In this document: positions 36,741 through 50,000 of the stretch, piece after piece
Layout of the letters: every line of letters begins with the position of its first letter
Numbering within the stretch: position 1 is the first letter of the stretch
From: Paraspadella gotoi
Lineage: Eukaryota; Animalia; Chaetognatha
Assembly: GCA_051294375.1 (NCBI GenBank)
Contig: CM119271.1
Coordinates: forward strand, 118,721-182,720
DNA: 64,000 bases
Direction: 5' to 3'
Position numbers and translations under genes: made by a program
The notes under the pieces: model-generated
Seen by the model: only the letters and a program-made list of their open reading frames with translations
The model's database searches: none
Told to the model about the DNA's origin: nothing

Positions 36741-37203
36741 CGAGGAAAGTCGAATCGGAAGGAAATCTTTGCATGAAAAAAAGAGAGAAAACGAATAGAG
36801 AAGCTTGAAAGGAAATAAGGAAGTAACTAGTAAGAGATAAAAGACTGACGAGTGGGAAGTTTACAAAAGCATTAGGATGAAAAGCAAAAAGTTTTGGGGA
36901 GAAAAAAAAAGGGAAAAAATGGAGTCAAGAAGTCACGTGATCAAAAGATTTGCGTCGAATAAATGAACAAAAGAGCAACGCTGGAACCGTAGGAGGCCAT
37001 TCTAGGAAGGAAAGGAAATGCACAATTGCAGTAAATCAAGACTGAACAAATTTGAGCAAACAATTTCGGATCTGCCTACTATAAAAAAGCGGTAATCGGC
37101 TAATCAGATGATAAATCACGATAATTATTTTAATTTGTTATTCTAACTGATCAAAACAGATCGTACCATACCAAACCAATGGCTGCGCCAATATATGTAC
37201 ATT

Positions 37204-37452
37204 TATGGCAACGGGGGGACATGTGTGATGCCTGGGGTGTGAGGCATCTCCCGACAGCTGTCGCTCAGGGCTTTGACCACCCCATGTAACTGGCGTGTTT
37301 ATGCCAAGCCCATCACACTTTAACCAGCGTGTCCGTGAGGGGATTGAACCCAGAACTCACGTTTGGTGAACGAGTACTTAGCTGTCTATTGGACAGTTTC
37401 CAAGCTGAGTTTCACCAAGCTATACGGGAGGCGAATTTTAGGATTCGCCACA
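37204..37452 (-). mobile_element. Solo LTR, family 5 (tRNA-like module)
   Basis: Minus strand TGTGGCGAAT..ATTCGCC hairpin start, B-box GGTTCAATCCC, end GTTGCCATA as in family 4; near-TSD ACAT (one-base offset). Confidence 0.6.
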
Positions 37453-40400
37453 ACATGCATCATTTTTTCATTTGGCATTTTTCAACTCACACCATTTTTT
37501 TAACTTGCATAATTTTTTTAACTTGAATCATTTTTTTAACTTGCATAATTTTTTTTAATTCGTATAATTTTTTTGTATTGCATTTTATTGTATTGTATTG
37601 TATTGTATCATTTTTCAACTTGTACTATTTTTTTAAAACGCATAATTTTTTTACTTTTTCTTTCAACTTGCATCATTCTTCAAATTGCATCATTTCTATT
37701 TCTACTAGCATCATTCTTTCAACTTGCATCATTCTTTCAACTTGCATCATTTTTTCAATATGTATAATTTTTTTAACTTGACTTGATTTTTTACTATTTA
37801 TGCTTACTCATGAATGTTTTAATTAATTAATTAAAAATGATGCAATTTGAAAAAATGATGCAACTTGACTTTGTTTTTTTTTCATGCGAACTAATCTCCA
37901 CTTTATATTCTGCTCAATCACATACTTTCCTAACCACAAACAAAATTTCATCTCAATCCATCCATCCAAATATGATTAATTCGAGTAATTATTGGTAAAA
38001 ATTATTAAAAAGATTTAAGTTAATGTGACTTATGTTTTTTCCATTTAAACTTATTTCAACTCACACGATTCCATCGAAACTTTATATCCAGCTCAATCAC
38101 ATACTTTCCTAGCTACAAAATACAAAAAAATTCATTCCCATTTATCCATCCAATCACAAGTAATTGGAGTTTTTTTCTAGGAGGGACGGACAGACAGACA
38201 GACGGATATTTTTTTTTTGCTTAATTTATCATAATATGATGTTCTGATGTGATAAAAATGATTTACCGACAAGATTTAGGGGTGGGACCGACGGACCGAC
38301 AAAGTGAATTATAGAGTCGGAATCTGCTGATTAGCAGATCCAACTAAAAAGAAACCTAAGGAACGAAAAGAGGAAAAAACAAGTTTGAGCAAACAATGTC
38401 GGATCTGCCCACGATCATTATCGTTAATTAAATAATTAATTAATAATTAATTAATTCAAGTTAATTAATTAATTAATAAGTCAATTAACTTGATCCGAAA
38501 GGTTTGTTTTGATTGATTAATTAATAATTAATTAATTAATTGACTAATTGATTGATTAACTGATTAATTATTTGATTAATTTATACATCTTGCATTTACA
38601 TTTAATATAAAAAGAAAAAGAAGCATAATCAATTAGTGAAACAGGTTTTTTAGTTTTTTCCATTTAAACTCATTTTCACTCTAACGATTCCATCTAAACT
38701 TGATTTCCAGCTTAATCACACACTTTCCTACCCACTTTCCTACCCACTTTCCTACACACTTTCCTACTTATGAGTAATTGGTGTTCAAATAATGAAATTT
38801 ATTTTTTTATTTTTTCCATTTAAATTCATTTCCAATCGGACATTTCCATCAAAGCTTCATATCCAGCTCAATCACACACTTCCCTAACCACATACAAAAT
38901 TTTCTTCCAATCCAATTGGTGTTTTTTGTTAAGGTGGGACGAACGGACAGACGGACAGACAGACGGAAAGACAGACGGACGGACATCATTTTTTTTGCAT
39001 AATTTATCATAATTCGATGTTCTGACATTATATAAGTGAATTATAGAGTCGGGATCTGCTGATAAGCAGTTCCGACTAAAAATATTCCAAAAAACATTCC
39101 AAGTTGAAAAGAAAGTCACACAAAAAGTAAAACAAATTTATTGCTTTGAATTATTATTGCGCTAACGTATAGGAATAGAAAAAATGGCGCTAGGGGAATA
39201 GGGTTCTACTGGTTTAGGGTAGCGGAGTAAGGGTAAAGGCATATAAGCATATACAGAAATTTTACGGAGATTTGAGATGTTATAAGCTCAATTATCGTTC
39301 TGGGAAGAACAAGGAACGGTTATTCCAAGGTGTTACGCCGCATCACTTTTCTTTTTACTTCATATATTCCTTATAGTTTATATGATTTCTTTGGTAGATA
39401 TGATGTATTAACCTTTCTTTTTCGTTGTTAGTTTGATAGTAAAAAAAACAAAGTTTTAATGATTTTTTACAACGAATAATAATAAAAACAAATTTGTTGT
39501 AAAAAATTATTAAAACTTTGTTTTTTCTACAAAGATTTCTTTAAAAACAATGAGCAAGAAACTATAGGCAAGTTATAAGTGTTTTTAATATAAGTGAAAC
39601 AGACTGACGGACAGACATAACGACCGACCGACCGAAAAGTAACTTATAGAGTTGCTCGGCGAGTACTCGCGGCGCAACTAAAAACATAGAAGATAAACGA
39701 TGGAAAAATAACGGAAAGAACTTCTCTTGAACATCTTCGTCCGAGGGTTTCGACTTCACATCCCCTTCCAAACATAAGGCATAACATCGAACGGCGTTAT
39801 TTCGAGAAGAGGTACTTGACAAAGCTGTCTTAGGTAGCAGAAGACAACAGTGCCTTGAGAGGCTGCTGCCAGAATGTTGTTTGAAAAGGGTGGGAAAAGA
39901 TAGAGGAAGAGAGGGGGAGGGGGCAGGGGACTGGAAAGGGGAGGAAGAGGGGGGAGGTGACCAGGTCAGCTGGGCCTGGTCCACTCCGATACTCAAGAAA
40001 CAGATAGGGATTCCGCCTTTCAGCTTTTCCTTCTCCTTGTTTGATTGAGCCTTCCGTTTGCCATCCGAAAGGATGTTCCCGCTAGTAACGCGTGGAGGTA
40101 GAGACGTGCTGCTAGCTTAAAGAAGAGGTAGGGATGACTACATGGTGACAATTTTACAAGCGCCGGTAGAAATACGCTGTCATTTTCAAACCAGAGGTTA
40201 TTTTATTGATTTTAAAATTTAGTTGAGTAGAAAATACTAAAACTATTTATGTGCTAAAATTTTATATTGATCAGTTAAGATATGCCTTGACAATGAGTGG
40301 AGAAAGTTGGCATGTCAAATCTGGTTTCATTTTCCAACTCACTGTTTTTAAATTCTTTTTTTTTTTAAACTTTTAGCACTTTTTTAAACAAAGTATTTAT

Positions 40401-41969
40401 TAAAATATTAACAATATTAATATCCTCAGAAAACCCTTAAAAATATCTACTTTCTCAATATCTGCTCTGTTTCAGTGTATTTCGAAGTTTAAATTGAGTT
40501 ATCGCGTGCCTTAAAATACAGACGGACAGACAGACAGACGGACAGCCTTAATGGTTCATGATAAGATAACGATGTCAACAATTCTGAGTTGAGAGCCAAA
40601 ACTCCTCGATTGATATGACCGAACAGAAGACAGGTCAAGATAACCAAGACGACGATGACCTTGAGTAGATAGGGAACAGAAAGAACTAATGCATGTATAA
40701 ACTATTAAAACCATAGAAAATATATAGATATTAGTACAATAATGTATTGAACAATCATCGTAGCTAAGAGGAATCATAAATTATGTCGATGTAAGCTGTA
40801 TAAGGGATTAATTTTTTTTTTATTCGTGTACTATTTCTTTCTTTCTTTTCTCTTTTCTCCTTAATTCAATTTAGTTCGTATTTAAAAAAACAGCGGAACG
40901 AAGCTCTCCGTCTGTGAGACTTTAAATTCACAGTCTGTGAGATGCACAGTCTTAAATTTAAAAACAATTTCGGTCTCAAGTTTTGAATATGGAACGGGTT
41001 TTTATTTTCATATGCAGACAACTAAACATTTATAACTTAGTAAGTTAAAAAAATAAGATAAACCTAACCATATCATAATATAACCTTTTAACAATTGCGT
41101 TTTCCTTTACTCGTCATCACAACCAAATTAAAATCAAATAAATTTATGGAAGTTAATCTAAAACTCTTCCTCATCGTGATTTTGGGAGACATTTTTTTTC
41201 ATCACGCCACACATGTCGCTCCGGGCTTAGAAAAAAATCCGAAAGAACAAAGCGGTTTCTGATAATTTGGTTCCGAGCAATTTTTGCACTAGTAGCGCAG
41301 TAAATATTACAAAACCATGGATTATTTCTGAAACTGCAGTGTTTGGGCTATCCAACGCAGCCGGAACAAAGAAAATCCATAAAGGTTTTGACTAAAAAAT
41401 ACTGAAAATAAATACGGTGCTTAGTCTGATTTCCTTTTGAATTTTTTTTATTTTGCGGTATTTACTGTATAAGTCAAATAAATATATAACGGTCATGCAC
41501 TGATTCCGATTCTGTTGGGTGAAGCCTATCTTTCAAGCATAAACAAAAAAAATAAATTGACGTCATAGTAAGAAATAATAGCAATTAATCAAAAATTTTT
41601 TCTCAAAATTTATCATAATTTTTGTTTCTTACTGTTTACATGCCCTTTCAAATTATAAAATTAAAGATTACCTAATGAAACTACAATGGCTTCGGTGCAT
41701 TTCGTTGCTCGAACAAAGAAAATTCATTGATATCATAGTCTCAATATTGAGCCTTGATTCGAAATACATATACATGTATTATAATAATAAATGAAAACAT
41801 GTGGCAGTATATTCACACTGCCTCACGTCCACCATCGTTCTGCCAAATCCATTGGCTCAAAGAGGGAACACACCATCCCAGGCGTAGTGTTCCATCCACA
41901 GTCCTAACGACTTCCCTTTGTGTTGGTAAAGCGAGACCGTCCTAGGGTAACCGCGCCAGTGACTGGATA

Positions 41970-43230
41970 TTGATTCGGGTGAGCTTCTTTGTGACGTCAT
42001 CGTCATCGTCGTCGTCACGCAATTTTATATAAAAACTATTTCGCTTTTATAGTTTTGGCTGGGACTCACCGTTTTTTTTTAAATAAAAATTATTATAAAT
42101 TACAATGAAGTTTTATAAAAGTGTGCGATCATAGTAAGTTAAAAATTTAGATATGGCTTCTCATCTTGAAATAGCTCTGAAATTTTCATATTACATTTGG
42201 ATTCAAGTATTTTTTGTTTGAATTTCCACTTCATTATGATTTACTGCAATATGCAAATGAGATTATAGTACTCATTATAATATCCAAATTAGTATGTAGA
42301 AATGCTTTAATCTAATTTACATATTGCAGTATATAATATTGAAGATGAAATTCAAAAAAAATTTTAAATCTATAATAAAAATGGGAATCAAAGGACCTTT
42401 TTAATGAGAAGCTATATCTTAATTTTAATACAAATAAAAATAAAATCTTTTACAAGCTGTGATTGGAAAAAATTGTAAAAATTTCCAATTGTAAACAATT
42501 GTAACATTTTTTTCCTTTCTTTATTTCTTTAAATTATATATAGATTTTGAAAAAAAAAAAAAAATTTTCTGAACCCTTTAAAAACGAGTTCAGGCTCTGC
42601 AGTGACTGTTCAGTTGCCTTCCAGCGGCTGTCCAGCTTTCTCTCTCTTTCTCTCTCTGTCTGACTCTCTCTTTCTTTTTTTTGTCTCTCTCTGTCTCTCT
42701 CTGATTCTCTCTCTCCTCTGTACGATCTCTTGCGTGATCGTTTTTTGATTATTTTTTTTCTTTTAAAAAACTTTTATTATCGCCATTTATTCGCGTTTTT
42801 TCCTCAATGCAAAATCCCAAATTTACATCCGAGATTTTCGTGGATTTATTCTCTTTCTTTCTCTCTCTCTTTCTTTCTCTCTCTCTCTCTCTTTCTCTCT
42901 CTTTTTCACTCATACACGCATTTGTTTGTTTTATTTATGATGAATGATTCATTGCGTCAATGAATGACTATCATCGCATCAATGAATGACTATCATCGTA
43001 TCAATGAATGATTATCATCACACAATAGAATGACTATCATCGCATCAACCATTTGGTTATTATCACATCAATCATTTGGTTATCATCACATCGATCATTT
43101 GGTTATCATCGCATCAATTATTGGTTATCATGCATCAATATTTGGTTATCAACGCATCAATCATTTGGTTATCATCGCATCAATATTTGGTATCATTGAA
43201 GGGAGGCTCGATCCTATTCTTTTAAGATTT
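41970..43230 (+). mobile_element. HINE family A copy with 23-bp minisatellite (ATCATCGCATCAATCATTTGGTT) at 42955-43200
   Basis: Homology to 1-1040 (reverse) and 52017-52820; ends in the GGCTCGAT subterminal repeat. Confidence 0.7.
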
Positions 43231-43549
43231 TTAACAAACAGATTGAAAAACAAATTTTTAAAAAATGTGCTTACTGATTAACTTAACAATTTTGTTATTT
43301 ACCGATTACTGATGACTACAATGTATTTCTCGATGCATTAGCTCTAATACATCAAAGATTACGCATTGTTAAGGTTAAGGCTCATTTTCTGGTAATATCA
43401 TCATTTTAAATTCGTAGTTGAGTTTTTTTAAAACCTCACATTTCGAATTAGACTCGACTCCACTGTTTTAACGTTTTAATGTCTTTTTTTTCGCCAGTTT
43501 TTTTGTTCATTTTCCCAATCATCTGGTTTGCACGTCTTAAAACCACTAA

Positions 43550-43800
43550 ATTTTCACGCGCTCGCGTAGCACGAGAGACCTAATTCACCATTGGTCGACA
43601 AGTCGGGTTTCAGGCTCTCTCATTGGCCGAATTTTCGTGGCTTATCTAAAAACGCTCGCTTCTTCGTCCAATCAGAGACGACCATAGACGCGTGAAACCG
43701 GAAACGGAAGTAAACTAAAGAAGAAAAAAATAAAGTGGAGCAAATTAAGGGCGAGGTCTAAAATGGCAGACGCCATCTGGGAAAATGGCAAGAACCGTAA
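43550..43800 (+). promoter_or_regulatory. Candidate TATA-less promoter upstream of the SLC6-like gene
   Basis: CpG-rich patch with three CCAAT/ATTGG boxes, tandem ETS-type CCGGAAACGGAAGT and YY1-type AAAATGGC/CGCCAT motifs 220-450 bp upstream of the ATG. Confidence 0.45.
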
Positions 43801-44015
43801 TCTAAGCAATAGCGAGAGACGTCGTTGATTTCGATTTCGCCATCGAACGTCAGATCGCGCTTAATGTTAACTTAAATCTGACAAATAGATATTTTAAGGA
43901 AAAATGAGTGATGAGACGCCGACAAAAAGTAATAAAAGGATATAAATACAACTGAAAACAAAATGAAAAAACAATGTAAAAAAAAAACAAAAAAAAATAT
44001 TCAACACTTCAACAA

Positions 44016-47000
44016 ATGAACATGTCTGAATTCACTTGGGGTTCCGCCCACCGGTTCGTCCTTTTGCTGACGGCGTTCTTGACGCATTCTCAACTTTCCA
44101 ACGGTCGATACGACGTTGGAATGTTCGTCGCTTTTACGGTCGCTACGCAAATCGTCGCGAATCCTCTGCTGTACTTTCAGGTTCAGTGGTAGACGGATTT
44201 AAACAATATAAATCCAGAGTCGCTACTTTTTTTAAAAATAAATTTTATTCTTACGATTGTCGTTAACGTATACACTAACGTTTATACAGGGGTGGGACCC
44301 TATATCGAGACAAAATTTTAAAAATCATTACTCTTAAGCTCTTAATTATTTTTAAAATTTGAATAAATATTCGTATGGTACTCTCTCTTAGCTTTAGACG
44401 ATATATTAATTGTTTTGACATTTTTTGATATTATGCTTTTTTGATGCAGCAAAGGCTCGGTTTTCTCAGCTTTCTCGGCACGGTTTTCTCCGCGCGGTTT
44501 GGAAGAAATATGTTTGAATATTTATTGTTAAATCTCATTCTAAATAAATTACAAATGATTAAAAATTAAAAATATTTTTGGAAGTACTTATTTGTAGTAT
44601 AATAATGCTTCTGGTATTTTGGTTAAAAAAATTTAAAGTAAGCAGGTAAGATTTTGGTAAGTTACTGTTATGGTTTAATTTTTATTAAAACTTACTTTTA
44701 TCAAGAAATTTATTAACGATATTGTTAGATAATTAAATTTATCATGTAAGATTTCTTAATGCATAATTTTAAGCGCATTCGTTATAATCTTCCTAAAGTT
44801 TTGTTTTACGTACCTTAAAAAAAATTAAATAGGTTTAATTTGGATATTGATAAAAAGCTTAAATTAGATGAATTGAAGATAAGACATGACACTGTCATGT
44901 TCAAAAATTACCACTGAAAAATAATAACAAATAACAAATAACCATCGATCTCTCACTTCAGATTCTGGTCAGTCAGTTCACTCGAAGCGGGCCGTACGGG
45001 CTGTGGAAAGCCTTTTCCCTATGCCGCGGACTCGCGCTTGCCCTCGCCTTGTGCGGTTTTATCTCCCTCAGTTTTTGGGTCACTTCCAAGTCGGCCTACT
45101 TCGTCTATTTCTACGAAGTAAGTTCGTTTGATCTGACTCATCGTCTTAAATGGTCGACACTCAAGTATTAGTTTTCCTTTTCATATTTACCTACATTTTG
45201 CCCCTCTGGTGGACTAAAATCCACCAACCGTTCATCAGCGGCCAATGGTGCCGGAGGCAAGTCATTCGCCTCCCAACCCAAAGGTCCGGGGTTCTACCCC
45301 GGTGGTCGCCTAGCAGTTAAGAGGGACGGGGCGCTTCACCCGCCTGTAACATGGTGTTACAGCCTGATCCGAAGCCCAGGGACTGCTTATATTGAATGGT
45401 TCTGTCACTAACACAACAATAATTACTGTCTCTTCATTGGTGAGCCCGACTTCCGAACATAACAGCAACAACAACACTTTCAGGCGACATGCCTCAACTT
45501 GGTGACGAACTTTCCACCAACAACAACAATTCACTGAAGAGACGCAAGACTTCTCCCTACGGGAGACATAACACATAACATAACACATAACAATAATTAC
45601 TGTCTCTTCACTCCCAACCGTAACAGGTCCTTGCCTCGGCGGCTCGTACCATGGCCGGTCATAAAGTCTCTTTTCCGTGGACGAGTTGCAAAAATCATTG
45701 GAACTCTGAGTCCTGCTCTCTCTACTTCGCCGCCAAAGACGGAAACAACAATACTGCTAACTTTTTAGGGTTGGTTCAATAAAAAAAAATTTGATTAGAT
45801 TACTATCTGTCCTAGTTTTCTAATAGATATCACACATAATTTCTGTTAGAAAGTCATTAATGAAAAATTATAATATCTAAGAGGCTGAACAGAAAGGGGT
45901 GGGAATGGATAATTTTTTGAGGGGAGACCAACGTTATATATGATTTTTTTTACAAATAGGGATAAGACTACCATGTAGAATTGTATGTTCTGATAGGGAT
46001 ACATACAGGGGAAAGGTCTATAGGGGCACCTTTATGTCATGAATATAATTTTAAAACACTTTAATTGAAATTTTATTTTTTCTTTATCCTATTTTTTAAT
46101 TATTTCTTTTTTGAATATTTTTTATCTTTTATGTTTATACAATGGGAAGGTCATCAGTTGGGAACCTATACCCTTTTTTCTTTAATCCCTATATCCAGGT
46201 ATAGGCGAGCCATCACCAAATGGTGATCCTTCGTTGTTGCTTATCTTATATTTTAAAGGTATGGTGGTCTAAAATCCACCAACCATTCATCAGGGGCCAT
46301 TGGTGCCAGAGGCAAGTCATTCGCCTCCCAACCCAAAGGGTCCGGGGTTCTAGCCCGGTGGTCGTCTGGCAGTTAAGAGGGACGGGGCGCTTAACCCGCC
46401 TGTAACATAGAGTTACAGCCTGATCCGAAGCTCAGGGACTGCTTATTAGAGTGGAGCACTCAAGAACAAAAAATTTATTTGAATGATCGAACAATGATAT
46501 TTAGATGTGAGATAGTATGATTAACTAGTATAAAAAATATTTTGTTCAGATTATCTCGGGAACAGAATAGTAAAATATAATATATTTGTAGTAATATCCT
46601 TATAAAATAGTAAATTTTAAAAATAATTTTTATAAAACTTTTATAAATGATTCAGATTCTTCATAAAAAGTTGAATCAAAAATATAAACATGTTATCAAA
46701 AATTCTGTCATCTTCAATGTTTAAAATAAGAAAAAAGGTGAAAATTCCTGACTTTTTTATTCTCTGTAGTAGAAACTTATATATATTAAAACGTTTTAGT
46801 AATTTTTTGTGATCTAAACATTAAAATATCATATAACATATTTTATAAAAGTTTCTTATTTTTTTACAGCGAATCCAAATCCGTTCTTAAAAATATAAAA
46901 AAATCATTTTGAAATTTGACGATTTTATAAGGATATTACTACATAAATAATTGAATTTGCTATACTGTTATGCTAAAATTTTTTTTAAAATGATTTAAAA

Positions 47001-50000
47001 TTCATTAATTATATGTCCATAGGCAGCAAAAAAATAATGTTCAATCACTCAATCTTTTCATCACTCCACCCTACTGCTTATATTGAATGGTTCTGTCACT
47101 AACACATAACAATTATCACTGTCTCTTCAAAGGTATATTTTGAATGTTTATCTTAAACAGACCAAAACCCTAGCATCACAGCATTATTAATTTTAGAGAA
47201 ATTTATTAAGGTTTTGTAATAATTTGTAAATTGTAAATATTTAAATAAGTTAAATAATTAGTTAAATAATAAGTTAAATAATTAATGGTATGTTAATGTA
47301 AAGTAAACATTAAGTTAATTAGTAAAAGTTAAAAAATAAGTTAAATCAAAGAGTTAAATAAGTTATTTAAATAATATTGTTGATATTATTATTATTATTT
47401 AGTGGTTTAATTTTGTATTTTTTCCTTATTATTTTTACTAGGAACAATCATGTATAATCTTTTTTGAAAATAGATTAATAATAATAATAATATAATAATA
47501 ATATTCTTATATTATATTATCAGGAAATATAGACATCAAAATATAAAAGGAGGATGTTCTCTTTTGTTCGAAGTATCATTTGGGCTCAAGTTCAACTTGA
47601 GAAAAAAGAAAATCTTACGGTCTTCCTGTAACGAATATTTACTCGTAATTTTCAGCAACTCTACTACAACAACAACAACAACAACAACAACCCCCGATCT
47701 CTACCCCTTCCTTATTCTCCACGCTCACCCAGCGACAGAGTTCTACAATCACATTCTCGAGTCTCAGTCAAAATTCCAACTCCAATCTCTCTTGGCGACG
47801 GGATTCGTCTGGGTCGTCGTCTTTTTCTCCATCGTCGCTGGTGAGAAAATGATAATGAATATTAATAAATCATTAAATGGATAACATCATTTACAATTAG
47901 GGATTTTTAGCTTTTTAAGGATTAACAACTATTGGTCGGTTTCAGTTGTCAATAGAATTCTAAATGAATTTAGAGATAAATTTCGTTTTTATAAAAATGT
48001 GGAGTAACTTTACTATTCGACGTCCACAACCAACTTTAGCTACCGCCGGTCGTTGCTTTGTTTATCCATTTAATTTTGTTTTCCCTCTAGCCTCGAGTCA
48101 GAGTTTGCGCAATATACATTTTTTTGGTTAAGAAATACAAATTTTTTAATAATATTATTTTTTAAAATTTATTTTAATTGCTATTTTTATGTTTGAGGTA
48201 GAAAATGAATTATTTTTTTACGTACGAGTTTTATAGAGAAACATAAATTTCAGAGCTTCAAAGTAAGTTCAATGTAAGCTTTCATCAGCACAAAAACGAA
48301 TTGATTGGTGAAACAAATATTTTCAGACTCTTTTTCTCTTTCTCTCTCTCTTCATATTTCAAAGCCTGTGAAAATATTTGTTTAACAAATCAATTCATTT
48401 TTGCGCAGAAAAAAGTATACATTGAAGCCGAAACATGTCCGAAATTCGTTTCTTAATAAAACCCGTTGTACGTAAACAAACAAGGAAAAGAAAGGAAAGA
48501 AAAAACAATATTTTGTTATATTTTTTAAACGGTTAGCAATTGGGTTAAGGTTGGTTACCAATGGTTAGGGATTAGGGGTCGTTAGGGTTAGGGGTGGTTA
48601 GGGATTTGTAATAAAATATTTTTTACCCTTACCAGTATATTTTTCGATTTCTATACGTCCCTCATGAGAAGCGAAAAAAAAACCGACCGCAAAATCCCGG
48701 TCGGCGAATGTAAAAATAAACCAAAATGTGTAACGAGAAAATATATACAATACAATATACTGAAACAATTTTTTGGTATATCACACTACTTCATAAGATG
48801 TGCCAGAAGTGAGAGATTCTTGCAGAGCAGGGATGTGGAGCTGACCTAATTTTGTCTCGGCTCCAGCTCCAAGCAAAATTTTTTATATATAATATTTTAA
48901 TATTAACAAATAAATTATTTTTAAAAATATTAAAATCATTAGCAAAACATTCTTTTTATTTTTGATGACGTCCTCGTTATTTAGCGATTTAACTGTAAAT
49001 TACATTTAGGGTTAAGAGAGAGGCACGGAGTTGAATGGGAGGCTCCGGTTAGGGTTGGGGGAGAGGTACGGAGTTGAACGGGAAGCCCTGGTTAGGTTTG
49101 GGTTGAGGCACGGAGATGTACTGGAGGCCAGGGCTTGGGTTAGGGTTAGGGGGAGGAATAGAGTTGAGCAGGAGGCCCAGGTAAGGGTTAGGGTTGGGAA
49201 AGCCCGCGGTTGGCGCGTTAAAGGTGGTTAGGGTTGAGGCATGGAGATGTACAGGAGGCTTAGGCCCGGGTTAGGATTGGGGAAAAAGCACAGAGATATA
49301 CGGGAGGCTTGGGTTAGGATTTAGTTTTGAGGGAAGGGCCCGCAGGTGATGCGTTTATCCCCATGTCTTAACGCCTTTCATTATATTCAACACTGGCGAG
49401 GTCACCAGAGCTTTGGCTATATCGCCATAGTAAAGTTTCGAACCAACTAGAACCACTCTTGCAACTCATGCGTAAATCGCCGGCGACATTGCTATTTGAA
49501 TGAACTACAGCAGCTCGCAACAGCCGGGTTGCCTGTGATGCCCATTGGGATGGGGCATCTCACTGTTGGCTTTTGGGGGCTTCCGACCCTCAGTGACGCC
49601 TCCAGTCACTGGCGCGGTTACCCTAGGACGGTCTCGCTTTGCCAACGCAGAGGGAAGTCATTAGGACTGTGGAAGTGTGGATGGAACATTACGCCTGGGA
49701 TGGTGTGTTCCCCCTCTGAGCCAATGGATTTGGCTGAAGGATGGTGGACGTGAGGTGGTGTGAATATACCACCACAAGTCCTCATTATTCCTTGCTAATA
49801 CCTTTTCAAACCCTGATCTGAGCCAAAGCTTTTTGTACATCACTTAGTCCGATCTTAATATAAAAATATTGACAGGATACCCGGGTTTGGTTTTTCCTTT
49901 CAGGCATATAATATACCATGAAGGAAAAAAATTAATATAATAACTTTTATAGTATATTTTTAGATTTATTTATTAAAAAGTTAAAGATAAAAAATATTAT

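Noticed and set aside
36196-36798. Ser/Pro- or Glu/Arg-rich proteins from the ORF track
   Set aside because: Low-complexity purine tract open in several frames; no consistent splice or domain support.
39562-39996. 144-aa minus-strand ORF
   Set aside because: TTG start, no recognisable domain, and the 3' part runs into a HINE-type 5' end; cannot be supported as a gene.
43762-43800. Short first coding exon MADAIWENGKN of the SLC6-like gene
   Set aside because: Possible, but no phase-compatible acceptor with an open frame into 44016 was found; the ATG context is equally explained by YY1-type motifs.
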